Shown here piece by piece: positions 37,006-47,284 of a stretch of DNA of 64,000 nt. Position 1 is the stretch's first letter. Each line of letters starts with the position of its first letter. Source of the stretch: Patescibacteria group bacterium (lineage in GTDB: Bacteria; Patescibacteriota; Minisyncoccia; Phycocordibacterales; UBA918); the NCBI GenBank assembly GCA_039188945.1, contig JBCCYW010000003.1, positions 8,573-72,572 of the forward strand. The letters are read 5' to 3'. The position numbers were made by a program, and so were the translations under genes. Below the pieces are notes generated by a model. It was not told the DNA's origin and searched no databases. It worked only from the letters and a program-made list of their open reading frames with translations.

Positions 37006-40000
37006 TACGACGAGTATAGAGAAGGAATCCGAAGAATACAACCAGGATTGCAAGATTGACTACTGAACCAGCGGCCTGAGCGCCACCAGCACCCGCATTT
37101 GGTGCCCCGAGTGGAACTATACTCACCTGCTCACCAGCTACAATTCCTTCAGGTGTAACCAGATCACCTCCCTGACCATCACCAGTTGGACTCACTTCGA
37201 CTTCACAGGTTCGAGTTCGACTACCTCGACTCACTTCCATCAAGAAGGTAGTGTCTTCGGTGATAGTAGTTTCAAATGAACCATCATCAACATCAGTCGG
37301 ATCGTCTGAGCTAAAGATCTCGGTTCCATTTGCAAACAACACAATATCAGTCGTTCGTCGTGTCTCCCAGGTAAGGGTTACTTCCCCATTATCCTCATCT
37401 GCTTCAAAGAGTGTACAACGTGGTGCGCTTGATCCACCAGAACCGCCGCCGCCACTTGGTGTGTCAGCTACTTCGATCAGACCAAAGTTGAATGGACCGA
37501 AGCTTGGCACCTGAGCGTGGGCCGTCGGAATAATGAATTCACGTACCGATTGCAAGAACGTAGTAGCCACAACTTCTGGTACGGTTACCACATGCTCACC
37601 GCTATCAGGGAAAACATTTTGCCAACCACCTTGCGTTACCTGAGTGATAGTCCAGGTTCCCGCTGGTACATTCAATTTGTAGTAGCCAGTTGAGTCTGTA
37701 GTAGTTGAGAAGGTTTGCTCGCCATCGGTTGCTTTGACGGTCCACCCACTCAAACGTGACTCCTCCTCATCAATTACATCATCTTCATCCTCATCATTCC
37801 ACACGAAGCCATCGAGCATGTAGAGTTGTTGCTGATTATCTTGGAATTGATTTCCGAAGTCACAGCGGTATTCACCTCCATTAGCGTACTCAAACACACA
37901 TACTCCCGGATCTTCTGGAGCGGTCTGCGTCCAGCCGATTTGGTTAGCTTCTGAGATAGTCCATTCGCCTTCTGGCAACCAGAAATAGTAGTACCCTTCG
38001 GTATCAGTCGTGGTTGATACTTCAGTTTCTCCATTAGATGCGAAGATAGTCCAGTTTGGCAGATACTGTTCTTGATCATCTTTCTCACCATTTCCATTCT
38101 CATCACTCCACTTGTAGCCATCGACATAGAATTCTTTCGGTTCTTCAGGATCAGGCATAGTAGTGACTGCACATTGAGCCAAACCATCGACAGTCAACTT
38201 GTAGAGCAGGCCAGCTGGATTCTGACGATTGTTGGCGTTCTGATTTCCAACATTAGTAACCTCGATTACCAATTCATTATTTCCTTCAACTAAGGCACTC
38301 GTCACGTCTTTTGAGGTCTGCGTGTGTGACTGGAAATTATTGTTTTGACCAGACCGGTCGATCACTAATTCACCATTAAGGTATGCTTTGTAACGATTAT
38401 CTGCGGCCACTTCAAGCAAGCCCGTGTGTGGACCAGATACCGTAAAGGTTTCCTTGAAGGTATAGGTCTCGTCTTGATCAGGGTTCTCAACAAACTCACT
38501 GTTCCAAATCCACGTTGCATCATCAATGTCTGCTGTCCAATTTGGGTGTACGTAGGTAGAAGTTGCGTAGGTATTACCCTCAACAACAACTGTCCCACTA
38601 TCACTCACCATTTCAATTGAACACTTCGGCGCTTCTTCACACACCAACGACACGTTGTCGAGGAACGTACCTGATGAATTTGGTACCCCAGCGTCTTGGA
38701 AAGAAATGTCTGTCACATAATTCTCAGCTGTGAAGCTATATGAATCACTCGCCCAAGCAACATCGCTTCCTCCAGCCATACCGTTAGTAACTTCTACATC
38801 ACCATCAACCAATACTTCGAGCTGATTCTGCGCCGCATTGGTGTCTGGTCGTGGTGAGAAGTCCCAACTCAGTACGTAATTCTCTCCCGGAATGGTTGGA
38901 ATTCCTTGCGTAATCTTCACGGAAGCTTCTTCGCTACCTCCACCACTCGGGCCTTCCCAGTCACCATCAAGCTCTGCGTACTGATCACCATCTGACGCTG
39001 CCCAACCCTGAACATCTCGTTGTAATTCAAGCGATGCCTCATCTGGTGCGCCGGCAAAATCGTCAACAAACTCAACTGTCCACGCGAGCGCAGGATAGGT
39101 AGTGAGATCAAAGATATCCCACGCACCATCGACTTCAGGTGCCTCGAATGACGGATTTGTGATGAGATTAACACCAGGCTCACAGGTCAGCTTTGGCTTT
39201 TCGACATTCCAAGCCACACAGTAGTATGTTTCACCATTCTTAAGATCATCAATTCGATCGTAGTTGTCGTAGTTCTTTACATCGATGTGACAGTACATTT
39301 CTGCGGTAACATCATCAGTATTCCTCTTACCTTCTGCTTCATGTGTAAATGGAATATATCCCTCCTGGAGTACCTCACGGAACCAGAGATGTTTTCCTTC
39401 CCGATAGTCATCAGCAGAAAGCGTGATTGAAGCCTTGCCGTCTTGATCAGTTGGACCGAAGGTGTTCCAAGGATCACCAGCTTCACCCATAAATTCATCT
39501 CCAGGATCAAAGGCGTTTTTAGGACCCCACTGGAATTCCCAATCTGGTTCAAGACGACAGCTGTCGTTATTAGCTACCCAATCAGCGGCAGTACTTTCGT
39601 CCATGTCTGGACCTCCCTTACCATAATTCGGCAACTGGGACTCATCCGTACATACGATCTTGTGTGCCACGATAGTAATTTGATCTTCCGGCACAGGACA
39701 AAATGATCCATCTCCCCAAGCAAATGGTCCGGTCTGCAAGAGTGGTGTATCAGCGACAAATGGACTGAGTGTGAATGGGTAGAAACCATCTTCACGTGTA
39801 TACGCATAGTACGTACCATCTTTACCAGCCGCACTGGTAATTCGTTGATTTCCAACCGCTAGAGTGCCGAGCAGTGTCTCAGCGTAGCTCATGCTGTCGA
39901 TGCTATACACTTGCCCTTTATTTCGTACATAGACAATCACATCATCTTCGTACACGACATCACCACCCGCTACATCTAGATCAAGATCATGAAGCTTCGT

Positions 40001-42421
40001 CGCAGCGCCAGAAACTGGATTGATTTTGTAGAGAGCATCGTTATTTTCTGTAAGAGCATACAGAGTCCCATCAGGAGCAAACTCCATAGCAACGGGCTTT
40101 TTGCTCTTTATACCGGTATTGCCAATCGTAGTAATAGCTCCCAGGTCGTTATCAAGTGTCACCAGCTCTCCAGTAGCTCTATTAATCGAATAGACTTGCT
40201 CATCTGACGACACAGCAAGCACTGGAAAGAGGTCAATGTCGTACGTGCCAAATAGTGTGGCCGCTCCAGTCATTTCATTAACGGTATGTAAGCTGCTTTG
40301 CGCTGGCGCATCAGTTTCAGTATCGAGATACAAAAGCCCGGCCTCACACTGATAGACCTCTGGTTCAGGCTCTTTCACGAAACACACCGCGGTGTTATCA
40401 ATCAATGACCCGAGACCATTAGCATCTCCCATGTCGGCGAACGAAATGTCAGTCTCTTCGCCAGTAGCTACAAATGTAGTGGTGTGAGTATCCCAAGACT
40501 TTTCACTAAGTCCATTACCCGAACCAGTAGCGCTAAGAACCTCAATATCATCTACAAGAGCTTGTACCTTGTTATCATTTTCACCAGTACGTGGACGCGG
40601 TGAAAAATCAAAACGAAGTTCATAGGTTGCTCCCGGAATAGTCTCAATAGTCTGTGTGATTTTACTTGGTGCGGTGGTATCAAGCTCAAGATTTTGCTCA
40701 CCATCTGAAGCGGGACCAAATAGTCCGCGCCAGATCTCACCAGTAATGCTACTGTCGTCAGACACCTTGGTTACTACCCAATCGGTGATCGAGCTGAGCG
40801 TCCAGCTCTGGCTGATTGCAGGATCTTCAAACGAAGGGTTTTCGAGAAGATTCTCACCAATCTGACACACCGGCGGAATGATAATCTCAGTCGGTTCAAA
40901 ATCGTAAGTTGTCTTATGAATGACATTATCAGCCAGTACGCCAATAACAAGTTCATCGACATGACTTTCAAGTCCAGCATTTGATGAACCACCCTTGAGG
41001 AAGAATTGTCCTAGTTCACCAACCTGAATACCCGCATGAGGCGCAATCGTGAGCACTTCAGCAGCGGTACAAGGACTACCTTGTGTACACGCACCACCAA
41101 GTGCGCTACCGCTAGATGCCCACCACTTGCCAGCCAGCGCATCCCAGGTTTTCCATTCATTCAATGCTTCGGTGTCACTACTTGGATTTGAGTGATAAGG
41201 CTCAAAAATGAGTCGGCCCTGCCAAGTCTCAACATCATCATCAAGGTTCTCATCGAAGTTAAACGCTAGCGCAATGTTTGTAACATTATCTTCTGCAATC
41301 TTGTACGTGCTGTACATAAGCATGGTGAGCGCGTCGAGTCGTGTGCCAGCGAAGTTATTGGTGGCGATACCATACTGGTCGCCAGCTTCTGGGAGTGTCA
41401 GCAGTACATTACCTTCACCAATTTTTTGGGTGTCAGGATCAAATGAGAATTCGTAACGACCAGCTTTGCTGGTAGTGGTTGGTACATTTGTGTCACCACT
41501 CTCAGCGTCACTGTCTACCCAAAAGTACCAGTCAGATGGCACTGACAGTGCAAGCTCATCTTCTTTAACGACAACCGTTTTTTCGCGAACTTCTGGTTCC
41601 GGTATAGGGCATTTGGTTCCAGCTAGTCCAGCCGTGTCAGTGCTGCCAAGTAAGTTCCAGACAATGTTTGAACCGTCCCAATTATCAATCTTAATGGGAG
41701 CACCTTGATTAAATGGAGTACGTCCTGGCCGTCCTGCAACCGTATCTGGTAGTCCAAACTCTTCAATGAATTTACTCTCGAATGAACTAGGAGTGACGTT
41801 ATTGTTCTCTCCGAATGGGATTGTTGTAGTTACACCAGTTTTGTTTTCGTAACCAAAGTACGCAATGTATTTACCATCATTATTGGGATCATCTTCCCAA
41901 CACTCAAAAATACCGTTGAGTTCCTTGGCGGTTGGCAGTGGATCAGATTGTTGGACAGCTGCTTCGCCAGAGTATGTCTGATCTAAATTCGCATTAGTGA
42001 AACTAACGTTAAGCACCTCGTTACCCTCATTATCTTCGAGAATAAACGATTCACTGCCGGAGTTATTCCATACATTTGAAGTACCCCAGATTGCATCGCA
42101 CGTACTGGTTGGAGCTACGTCCTGACAGACTTTATAGCTTTCTCCAGTCGCAAGTGTCACCGCCCCGAATGTATACGAGAAGCTTGCAGCGTCTTTGACC
42201 TCCCAATTAAATAGATCGAGAGCACCGGTGCCTGAATACGAAATAGTAAACGACTCAGGTCCTGATGACGGATTTGCTAATACGGCCCCCGTTACCAATC
42301 CATCTGCCGCTGCATGCGCGACAAAAAAAGACGCTGGAAAAGCGCTCAACATCATCGATACAGCAGTAACGACCGCAAGGAAGCGTGCTGTGGCACGGTT
42401 GGTTGATGTAAAAATATTCAT
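36992..42421 (-). CDS. 1,800-aa secreted multidomain surface protein: signal peptide, two CBM4/9-like modules (NLLENPSFEDP, NLITNPSFEAP), beta-propeller-like region, two CnaB/SdrD-B-like repeats, and a C-terminal Gly/Ala-rich segment followed by a hydrophobic anchor and basic tail (sortase-substrate-like)
   Basis: ORF track 1820-aa ORF 36992..42454. Probable start MNIFTSTNRATARFLAVVTAVSMMLSAFPASFFVAHAAA. C-terminus ...IVPLGAPNAGAGGAQAAGSVVNLAILVVFFGFLLYTRRNATE. Immediately followed by the sortase gene. Confidence 0.8.
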   Translation of the reverse strand: MNIFTSTNRATARFLAVVTAVSMMLSAFPASFFVAHAAADGLVTGAVLANPSSGPESFTISYSGTGALDLFNWEVKDAASFSYTFGAVTLATGESYKVCQDVAPTSTCDAIWGTSNVWNNSGSESFILEDNEGNEVLNVSFTNANLDQTYSGEAAVQQSDPLPTAKELNGIFECWEDDPNNDGKYIAYFGYENKTGVTTTIPFGENNNVTPSSFESKFIEEFGLPDTVAGRPGRTPFNQGAPIKIDNWDGSNIVWNLLGSTDTAGLAGTKCPIPEPEVREKTVVVKEDELALSVPSDWYFWVDSDAESGDTNVPTTTSKAGRYEFSFDPDTQKIGEGNVLLTLPEAGDQYGIATNNFAGTRLDALTMLMYSTYKIAEDNVTNIALAFNFDENLDDDVETWQGRLIFEPYHSNPSSDTEALNEWKTWDALAGKWWASSGSALGGACTQGSPCTAAEVLTIAPHAGIQVGELGQFFLKGGSSNAGLESHVDELVIGVLADNVIHKTTYDFEPTEIIIPPVCQIGENLLENPSFEDPAISQSWTLSSITDWVVTKVSDDSSITGEIWRGLFGPASDGEQNLELDTTAPSKITQTIETIPGATYELRFDFSPRPRTGENDNKVQALVDDIEVLSATGSGNGLSEKSWDTHTTTFVATGEETDISFADMGDANGLGSLIDNTAVCFVKEPEPEVYQCEAGLLYLDTETDAPAQSSLHTVNEMTGAATLFGTYDIDLFPVLAVSSDEQVYSINRATGELVTLDNDLGAITTIGNTGIKSKKPVAMEFAPDGTLYALTENNDALYKINPVSGAATKLHDLDLDVAGGDVVYEDDVIVYVRNKGQVYSIDSMSYAETLLGTLAVGNQRITSAAGKDGTYYAYTREDGFYPFTLSPFVADTPLLQTGPFAWGDGSFCPVPEDQITIVAHKIVCTDESQLPNYGKGGPDMDESTAADWVANNDSCRLEPDWEFQWGPKNAFDPGDEFMGEAGDPWNTFGPTDQDGKASITLSADDYREGKHLWFREVLQEGYIPFTHEAEGKRNTDDVTAEMYCHIDVKNYDNYDRIDDLKNGETYYCVAWNVEKPKLTCEPGVNLITNPSFEAPEVDGAWDIFDLTTYPALAWTVEFVDDFAGAPDEASLELQRDVQGWAASDGDQYAELDGDWEGPSGGGSEEASVKITQGIPTIPGENYVLSWDFSPRPDTNAAQNQLEVLVDGDVEVTNGMAGGSDVAWASDSYSFTAENYVTDISFQDAGVPNSSGTFLDNVSLVCEEAPKCSIEMVSDSGTVVVEGNTYATSTYVHPNWTADIDDATWIWNSEFVENPDQDETYTFKETFTVSGPHTGLLEVAADNRYKAYLNGELVIDRSGQNNNFQSHTQTSKDVTSALVEGNNELVIEVTNVGNQNANNRQNPAGLLYKLTVDGLAQCAVTTMPDPEEPKEFYVDGYKWSDENGNGEKDDQEQYLPNWTIFASNGETEVSTTTDTEGYYYFWLPEGEWTISEANQIGWTQTAPEDPGVCVFEYANGGEYRCDFGNQFQDNQQQLYMLDGFVWNDEDEDDVIDEEESRLSGWTVKATDGEQTFSTTTDSTGYYKLNVPAGTWTITQVTQGGWQNVFPDSGEHVVTVPEVVATTFLQSVREFIIPTAHAQVPSFGPFNFGLIEVADTPSGGGGSGGSSAPRCTLFEADEDNGEVTLTWETRRTTDIVLFANGTEIFSSDDPTDVDDGSFETTITEDTTFLMEVSRGSRTRTCEVEVSPTGDGQGGDLVTPEGIVAGEQVSIVPLGAPNAGAGGAQAAGSVVNLAILVVFFGFLLYTRRNATE

Positions 42422-42535
42422 AAAAATAGCCTCTAAACTACTAATCCCACACACAGAGAAAATGCGTGTACGCCCATCCTACACCTTTATTTCATTCCTG
42501 CAAAGTTTATGAAATGGGATTAGCTTTTAGTCAAG

Positions 42536-43438
42536 CTATTGCATTGACTCACCGATCCTGCGGACCGTATCCATGCCAGCACAAGCACCCATCATATTAG
42601 TGTCGATTACTTCAGCTTCGAGCTCTTGAGCTCGCAACTCAGCATCATCTTTATGAGCATACATACGCTCCACGAAGGCTCGTCGCTCTCCGGCCATCTC
42701 TTGCAAACTCACCGCGTTATCAAACATCCACGGGAAAACGCCACAAGCATGAAACGTTCGCTCCTCCTCACCCAATAAGCCGAGTACTCGCACCTGGTTA
42801 CCTGTCTTTAACGTAAAGATGTCTTGATCATACAGGTCAGCGATCTGCAGCTTCCATTCACTACCAGTGATATCGATAAAGCGGATAATGTTATCACCCT
42901 GCAAACCATGGACCTGACCAACCAAACGACCTTCCTCAGGCTGTTGCCAGAGCGCCAACTCACGATTTTCTTGCGAAGAATAATAAGGCATCATGTCGCC
43001 AATTTTGTTATCAATCAAGCCCCCAAGACCAGCCGCCTGAAGCCCTAAGCCCCCAAAGACACTGAGTGCGAGACTGCTTACTACAATTGTCGACAATGAG
43101 TAACGATAGCCCCGACCTGAGTTCTTAAAGTTGTAGTACGCAGCCACCACCATCAAAAACAACACCACCACCCACAGATACGGTAGTGCGCTGACAATAA
43201 AGGTAAATGAATTCTCATGAGTGGCTTCATAAAACGCGTAGCGTGTATGGAGAATAGAGAATACCGAGATTGCAACCGCTAAGGCCCCCACCACAATGGA
43301 GACAGCCCACAGCATGCGCATCAGGCACTGAGCACAGAAAAATACCACCCATGGAGTTGGTTTGATTTGCTCTTCGTTTATCTTATCCATCACGCTATTG
43401 GTGAGAGCTGATTCTGTTTTATGATTATCCATACTCAT
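42536..43438 (-). CDS. Multi-pass membrane protein, putative anti-sigma factor partnered with the upstream ECF sigma gene
   Basis: ORF track 300 aa. 3-nt gap after the sigma gene. Several TM helices. No recognisable catalytic motif. Role inferred from position only. Confidence 0.35.
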   Translation of the reverse strand: MSMDNHKTESALTNSVMDKINEEQIKPTPWVVFFCAQCLMRMLWAVSIVVGALAVAISVFSILHTRYAFYEATHENSFTFIVSALPYLWVVVLFLMVVAAYYNFKNSGRGYRYSLSTIVVSSLALSVFGGLGLQAAGLGGLIDNKIGDMMPYYSSQENRELALWQQPEEGRLVGQVHGLQGDNIIRFIDITGSEWKLQIADLYDQDIFTLKTGNQVRVLGLLGEEERTFHACGVFPWMFDNAVSLQEMAGERRAFVERMYAHKDDAELRAQELEAEVIDTNMMGACAGMDTVRRIGESMQ

Positions 43439-43440
43439 AC

Positions 43441-44028
43441 TTAAATACGCACTGATTCTATATTTATTTTGTCTCGCAACTGCTTCTTTCCGCGATGAAT
43501 CAAGGTACCCACCGAACCAACTGGGATCTTCAAAATGTCTGAAATTTCCTCATATTCTTTATGTTCAAAAAAGCGAAGAATGAGTACTTGTTTATATTTC
43601 TCGTCAACCAACATTAACGCTGACTCCAGCTCAACGGCATTGATTGCTTTATCAAACTGCACTTCAGATGAATCATTTTCGCTGGCGATAATACCTAAGA
43701 TCTCATCGCTATCACCAACCAAGTGACCCTCTGGGCGCACATTTCGCTTACGATACCAACTAATCGCTTCGTTATGAGCAATCCGGTAAATCCAAGATGA
43801 AAACGAGAGATCAGGGTTGAAGGCGTTCAGGTTTCGATAGACCTTAATAAAAATCTCTTGTAAGACATCTTGACGATCTTCAACCGTGCGGACCCCAAGA
43901 CGAGTCACGTATCGTCCTAATTTATCTTCGTATCGCTCAACAATATGCCCAAAAAAGGCATTTTCATTCAGGGCGAGACGAACAATTTCTTCGTCTGACA
44001 TAATTTCTTTTTCGTCCAGAAGACTCAT
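43441..44028 (-). CDS. ECF-type RNA polymerase sigma-70 family factor
   Basis: ORF track ORF 43441..44049. Region 2: DRQDVLQEIFIKVYRNLNAFNPDLSFSSWIYRIAHNEAISWYRKR. Region 4 HTH: EISDILKIPVGSVGTLIHRGKKQLR. Start probably MSLLDEKEIMSDEEI. Confidence 0.8.
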   Translation of the reverse strand: MSLLDEKEIMSDEEIVRLALNENAFFGHIVERYEDKLGRYVTRLGVRTVEDRQDVLQEIFIKVYRNLNAFNPDLSFSSWIYRIAHNEAISWYRKRNVRPEGHLVGDSDEILGIIASENDSSEVQFDKAINAVELESALMLVDEKYKQVLILRFFEHKEYEEISDILKIPVGSVGTLIHRGKKQLRDKINIESVRI

Positions 44029-44087
44029 ACGTACTACGGCAGCCACCATAATTTATTGCAGCGGTCCAAATGTAGTAGAATACTCGC

Positions 44088-44609
44088 ATGAAATTAGGAA
44101 AAATAAAACTCACACTCATGGTGCTTAGTGCTCTATTTGTGCTTCCCCAAGCAAGCCAAGCATACTTCACCACTGACCAATCAGCTTTTCTGATTAGTGA
44201 TAACGCTGCTCTACTAACCATTTCGTATAGTTTCGGTTTCTCTAGCCGAGAAGCACTTCTACCTATTGCTGCAGTACGTGGTGAAACTGAAAGTCAGGCT
44301 GTACTGGGTTATGAGTTGTTGGAAGATAGCCGAGCCAGTACCAGCGTTGGGACAGCCGCTGGAATCATTGTCAGCGACGCCGAAGTTCGTAACGGTCAGT
44401 ACTATATTCCAGCCGGACAGACCGCTGACTTTACGTTGGTAGTTGTCCTTACCACCGAACCAACTGACCCAGAGATTGACTACGCTCTCCAGGTTAGCCA
44501 CCTACCCTTTACTATGATCACAGCCGATGGCACGGTACTAGAAAATGGTCTGACTGACAGCGAGCTCTCCTACTACATCTCACCTGAAGTAGACCTCAAC
44601 GAAGAGTAA
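44088..44609 (+). CDS. Secreted hypothetical protein (signal peptide), divergent from the sigma gene
   Basis: ORF track 173 aa. Signal peptide MKLGKIKLTLMVLSALFVLPQASQA. Confidence 0.5.
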   Translation: MKLGKIKLTLMVLSALFVLPQASQAYFTTDQSAFLISDNAALLTISYSFGFSSREALLPIAAVRGETESQAVLGYELLEDSRASTSVGTAAGIIVSDAEVRNGQYYIPAGQTADFTLVVVLTTEPTDPEIDYALQVSHLPFTMITADGTVLENGLTDSELSYYISPEVDLNEE

Positions 44610-44613
44610 ATAT

Positions 44614-45330
44614 ATGTCTGACGAACCAGTCCGACTCAACAAATACCTCGCCCATGAAGGCATCGCTTCTCGACGAGAGGCTGATGCGCTGATTGCAGCC
44701 GGAAAAGTTTTCGTCAATGGCGAGAAGGCTGAACTTGGCACTAAAGTGACGAGTGCTGATGAGGTCACTCTCACCGGAACACAAAAAACAAAAAAGTACC
44801 TAGCCTACTACAAAGGTCGCGGTGTTATTACGCATTCACCAGGTGAAAACGAGACCGACATCATGGAAAAGCTGGCGGCTGATTATGGTATTACCGATGT
44901 TAATCCGATTGGTCGTTTAGACAAAGATTCTGAAGGCTTGATCCTTCTCTCCACTGACGGCCGTATCACTGGACCACTCTTAGATCCTGAAGCTAATCAC
45001 GAGAAAGAATATGATGTCACCGTTGATAAGCCAATCAACCAATGGTTTTTACGCCATATGGCTGAAGGTGTTGATATTGAAGGCTATCAAACCAAGCCTA
45101 CCGCCATTACCGCCAACGAGAAGAATAGGAAGCGGTTCAGACTCATTCTAACTGAAGGTAAGAAGCACCAAATTCGGCGGATGTGTGCCGCTCTTGGCTA
45201 CCAAGTGCAGGATCTCAAACGAGTTCGTATTGTGAATATTGAATTAGGTGACCTAAAACCAAATCAATTTCGAAACATCAAAGGTGGTGAGCTTGCAAAA
45301 CTACTGCATTCTCTTGCTATAAAAAAGTAG
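44614..45330 (+). CDS. rRNA pseudouridine synthase, RsuA/RluB family (S4 domain plus catalytic Asp motif)
   Basis: ORF track 238 aa. S4 domain RLNKYLAHEGIASRREADALIAAGKVFVNG. Catalytic GRLDKDSEGLILLSTDG. Confidence 0.85.
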   Translation: MSDEPVRLNKYLAHEGIASRREADALIAAGKVFVNGEKAELGTKVTSADEVTLTGTQKTKKYLAYYKGRGVITHSPGENETDIMEKLAADYGITDVNPIGRLDKDSEGLILLSTDGRITGPLLDPEANHEKEYDVTVDKPINQWFLRHMAEGVDIEGYQTKPTAITANEKNRKRFRLILTEGKKHQIRRMCAALGYQVQDLKRVRIVNIELGDLKPNQFRNIKGGELAKLLHSLAIKK

Positions 45331-45341
45331 ACGCCGCAATG

Positions 45342-45821
45342 TTAGCGACGCCATACTAGCGAGATGAGCAAGAAAAGACCAGCTGTAAGTGCGGCAGCAA
45401 GGCTACCAAGAGCTATTGCTAACTGACAGAGTGCCAAAATAGCCGGATACCCAAGCAAAGCAAAGATCAGCAGATCATGCGGCCACGAATCACCACCAAA
45501 TATAAACTTTAAGCAAACGAGCGTACACACCATGGGCAACAGTACGTGAGGTCTTAGATCGACCTCTTCCACTATTCCATGTTGAGCAGTATCAAATAGG
45601 CGTCTTCCTTCTTTGGCTGAGGAAATGATCGTCAGCACCAACAAGCAATGCAGCAAGTACCAATCGTAGAGTGTTGTGAGCACGATCTCGATTGGTCCAT
45701 TTTCTGTATTTTCGTGGTTAGCCACCATAACGAGCGCTAGGCTAAATACAGTGGCGATGAGTGTGACAAGAAATGGCAGCGGCAAATTCAGCAACCATCT
45801 TGCCAATTGCCGTACCATCAT
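45342..45821 (-). CDS. Hypothetical integral membrane protein
   Basis: ORF track 159 aa, 4-5 predicted TM helices. Confidence 0.4.
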   Translation of the reverse strand: MMVRQLARWLLNLPLPFLVTLIATVFSLALVMVANHENTENGPIEIVLTTLYDWYLLHCLLVLTIISSAKEGRRLFDTAQHGIVEEVDLRPHVLLPMVCTLVCLKFIFGGDSWPHDLLIFALLGYPAILALCQLAIALGSLAAALTAGLFLLISLVWRR

Positions 45822-45956
45822 CTCGTGTCCTTTCCGTTTTCTTATTTAGTTATCTATTGCTTTAGGAAAAAAGTCAATCACCACGGTGGGTTACCGGAAA
45901 ACGCAATGTGCGCAAAGTAGTATAGAATCAATCCAACTAAAGCAATCACTGTGTAT

Positions 45957-46607
45957 TTAATCAGCATGAAGCGGTCGATTACGATATCGCCACGTTGCGT
46001 ACATCAGTCCAAGTAATAGCAAGATACCCAGCGGTAGGTAGACTCTCGAAACGGTAAACAATTTGAAAATTGAATAACCGTGGAAGGCGTGGGCAGATCG
46101 AATGCTGGCTAGTGAGCTAAAGTAACCGACACCACTTTCCTCAGTACCCATCCAAAGGGCATATTGGCCGAGGTTCTCTGGATTACTAACTTCCAGTCGG
46201 TACACCCCAGGTTCAAGCTCACCTTCAAACACTTCTCCACTGAGATAATCAATCCGACTGTCAGGGTCAGTCACCTCAATCCATTCACCGTCTTCTCGTT
46301 TCAGACGCATGATTTCAGTCACCCCACCGCGATCTTTTTCACGCACTAAAATAACCGAAAAGGTTGGATCAATCTCACCGTCCTGATAAGCCAATATGTG
46401 CGCTTGAAATGGAGCAGGATCTCTCAAGACAAATTGGTAGGTGTCTGGAAAACCTACCAATTCTCCAAGATACTGGATTCGGTCAGTTGGTTGCTCAACA
46501 TCATAGACCGCGTATTGTTGTGGTAATTCGTTACGCTCAACCGAGAACGCTATGGCTACCACCGGTAAAAAGAAGAAGGTTAGAAAACAAACAAGGCGTT
46601 TCATCAT
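45957..46607 (-). CDS. Hypothetical exported protein with N-terminal signal and C-terminal TM anchor
   Basis: ORF track 216 aa. Confidence 0.4.
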   Translation of the reverse strand: MMKRLVCFLTFFFLPVVAIAFSVERNELPQQYAVYDVEQPTDRIQYLGELVGFPDTYQFVLRDPAPFQAHILAYQDGEIDPTFSVILVREKDRGGVTEIMRLKREDGEWIEVTDPDSRIDYLSGEVFEGELEPGVYRLEVSNPENLGQYALWMGTEESGVGYFSSLASIRSAHAFHGYSIFKLFTVSRVYLPLGILLLLGLMYATWRYRNRPLHAD

Positions 46608-46627
46608 GACAGTATACCAACCATTAC

Positions 46628-47128
46628 TTATTCTTCATCAAACACTTGCCAAATGCTCGACATTGCCTGAGCGAACGCACTTTCGGTTGAGAAACGGGTG
46701 CCACAGGTGTCTAGACTGAACTGCTGATCGCCAGCAGTAATCTCATACAGTAAGTCATTTCCAGCCCCAAACGAAGGACAGCTAACTGGCTCGACCAGCT
46801 CAGAGGCAGTAACAAAATTGGTTTCTCTGATGGCCGAGTTCACCTCTTCAAGCTGTGAAGGGGTGATTTCAGTTTCTAGTAATTCACTATTCCCACCCGC
46901 ACTAAATCGCAGCTGGCCATCACTACGCAGTTGAAACGCCGCGCAAGCACCGTCGGTCTCGCACCCACCGTACTCTTCGGCCACAATGACATAGTCAGGA
47001 TCAAGATTAGTCAGACTTTCTTCTAAAGTAACTGCCGTAGGCACAAACCCAATCACATATAGATATCCCCCGGTCACCATACCGATTACAAAGGTAGAAA
47101 TAATGAGTTGTTTGTCTTGCTTTTTCAC
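46628..47128 (-). CDS. Hypothetical membrane-anchored protein with 6 Cys in the ectodomain
   Basis: ORF track 166 aa. N-terminal TM helix IISTFVIGMVTGGYLYVIGFV. Confidence 0.4.
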   Translation of the reverse strand: MKKQDKQLIISTFVIGMVTGGYLYVIGFVPTAVTLEESLTNLDPDYVIVAEEYGGCETDGACAAFQLRSDGQLRFSAGGNSELLETEITPSQLEEVNSAIRETNFVTASELVEPVSCPSFGAGNDLLYEITAGDQQFSLDTCGTRFSTESAFAQAMSSIWQVFDEE

Positions 47129-47140
47129 ACTGTCATTATA

Positions 47141-47161
47141 CTGCGGAGAGAGGGGGATTCG
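47141..47161. repeat. 21-nt direct repeat tgcggagagagggggattcga. Duplicate of the tRNA-Ser 3' end (T-loop/acceptor); second copy at 47284-47304
   Basis: Seen directly. 21/21 identical, 143 bp apart, same orientation. The lower copy lacks the rest of the tRNA (no G-run for the T-stem). Confidence 0.8.
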
Positions 47162-47284
47162 ATTCTTACAGAATCAGTACAGGTTGTCGCTCGTTTTACA
47201 AACGAGCTGGCAACCTTTTCGAATCCTTCTCCTCACCCAATGATAATGCACTCACATGGTTCCCGTCCATGTTCGCACATCATT

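Noticed and set aside
36992-42454. Many short plus- and minus-strand ORFs inside the 1,820-aa gene (e.g. 37774..38187, 38917..39183)
   Set aside because: Overlapping other-frame ORFs inside a well-supported long coding sequence.
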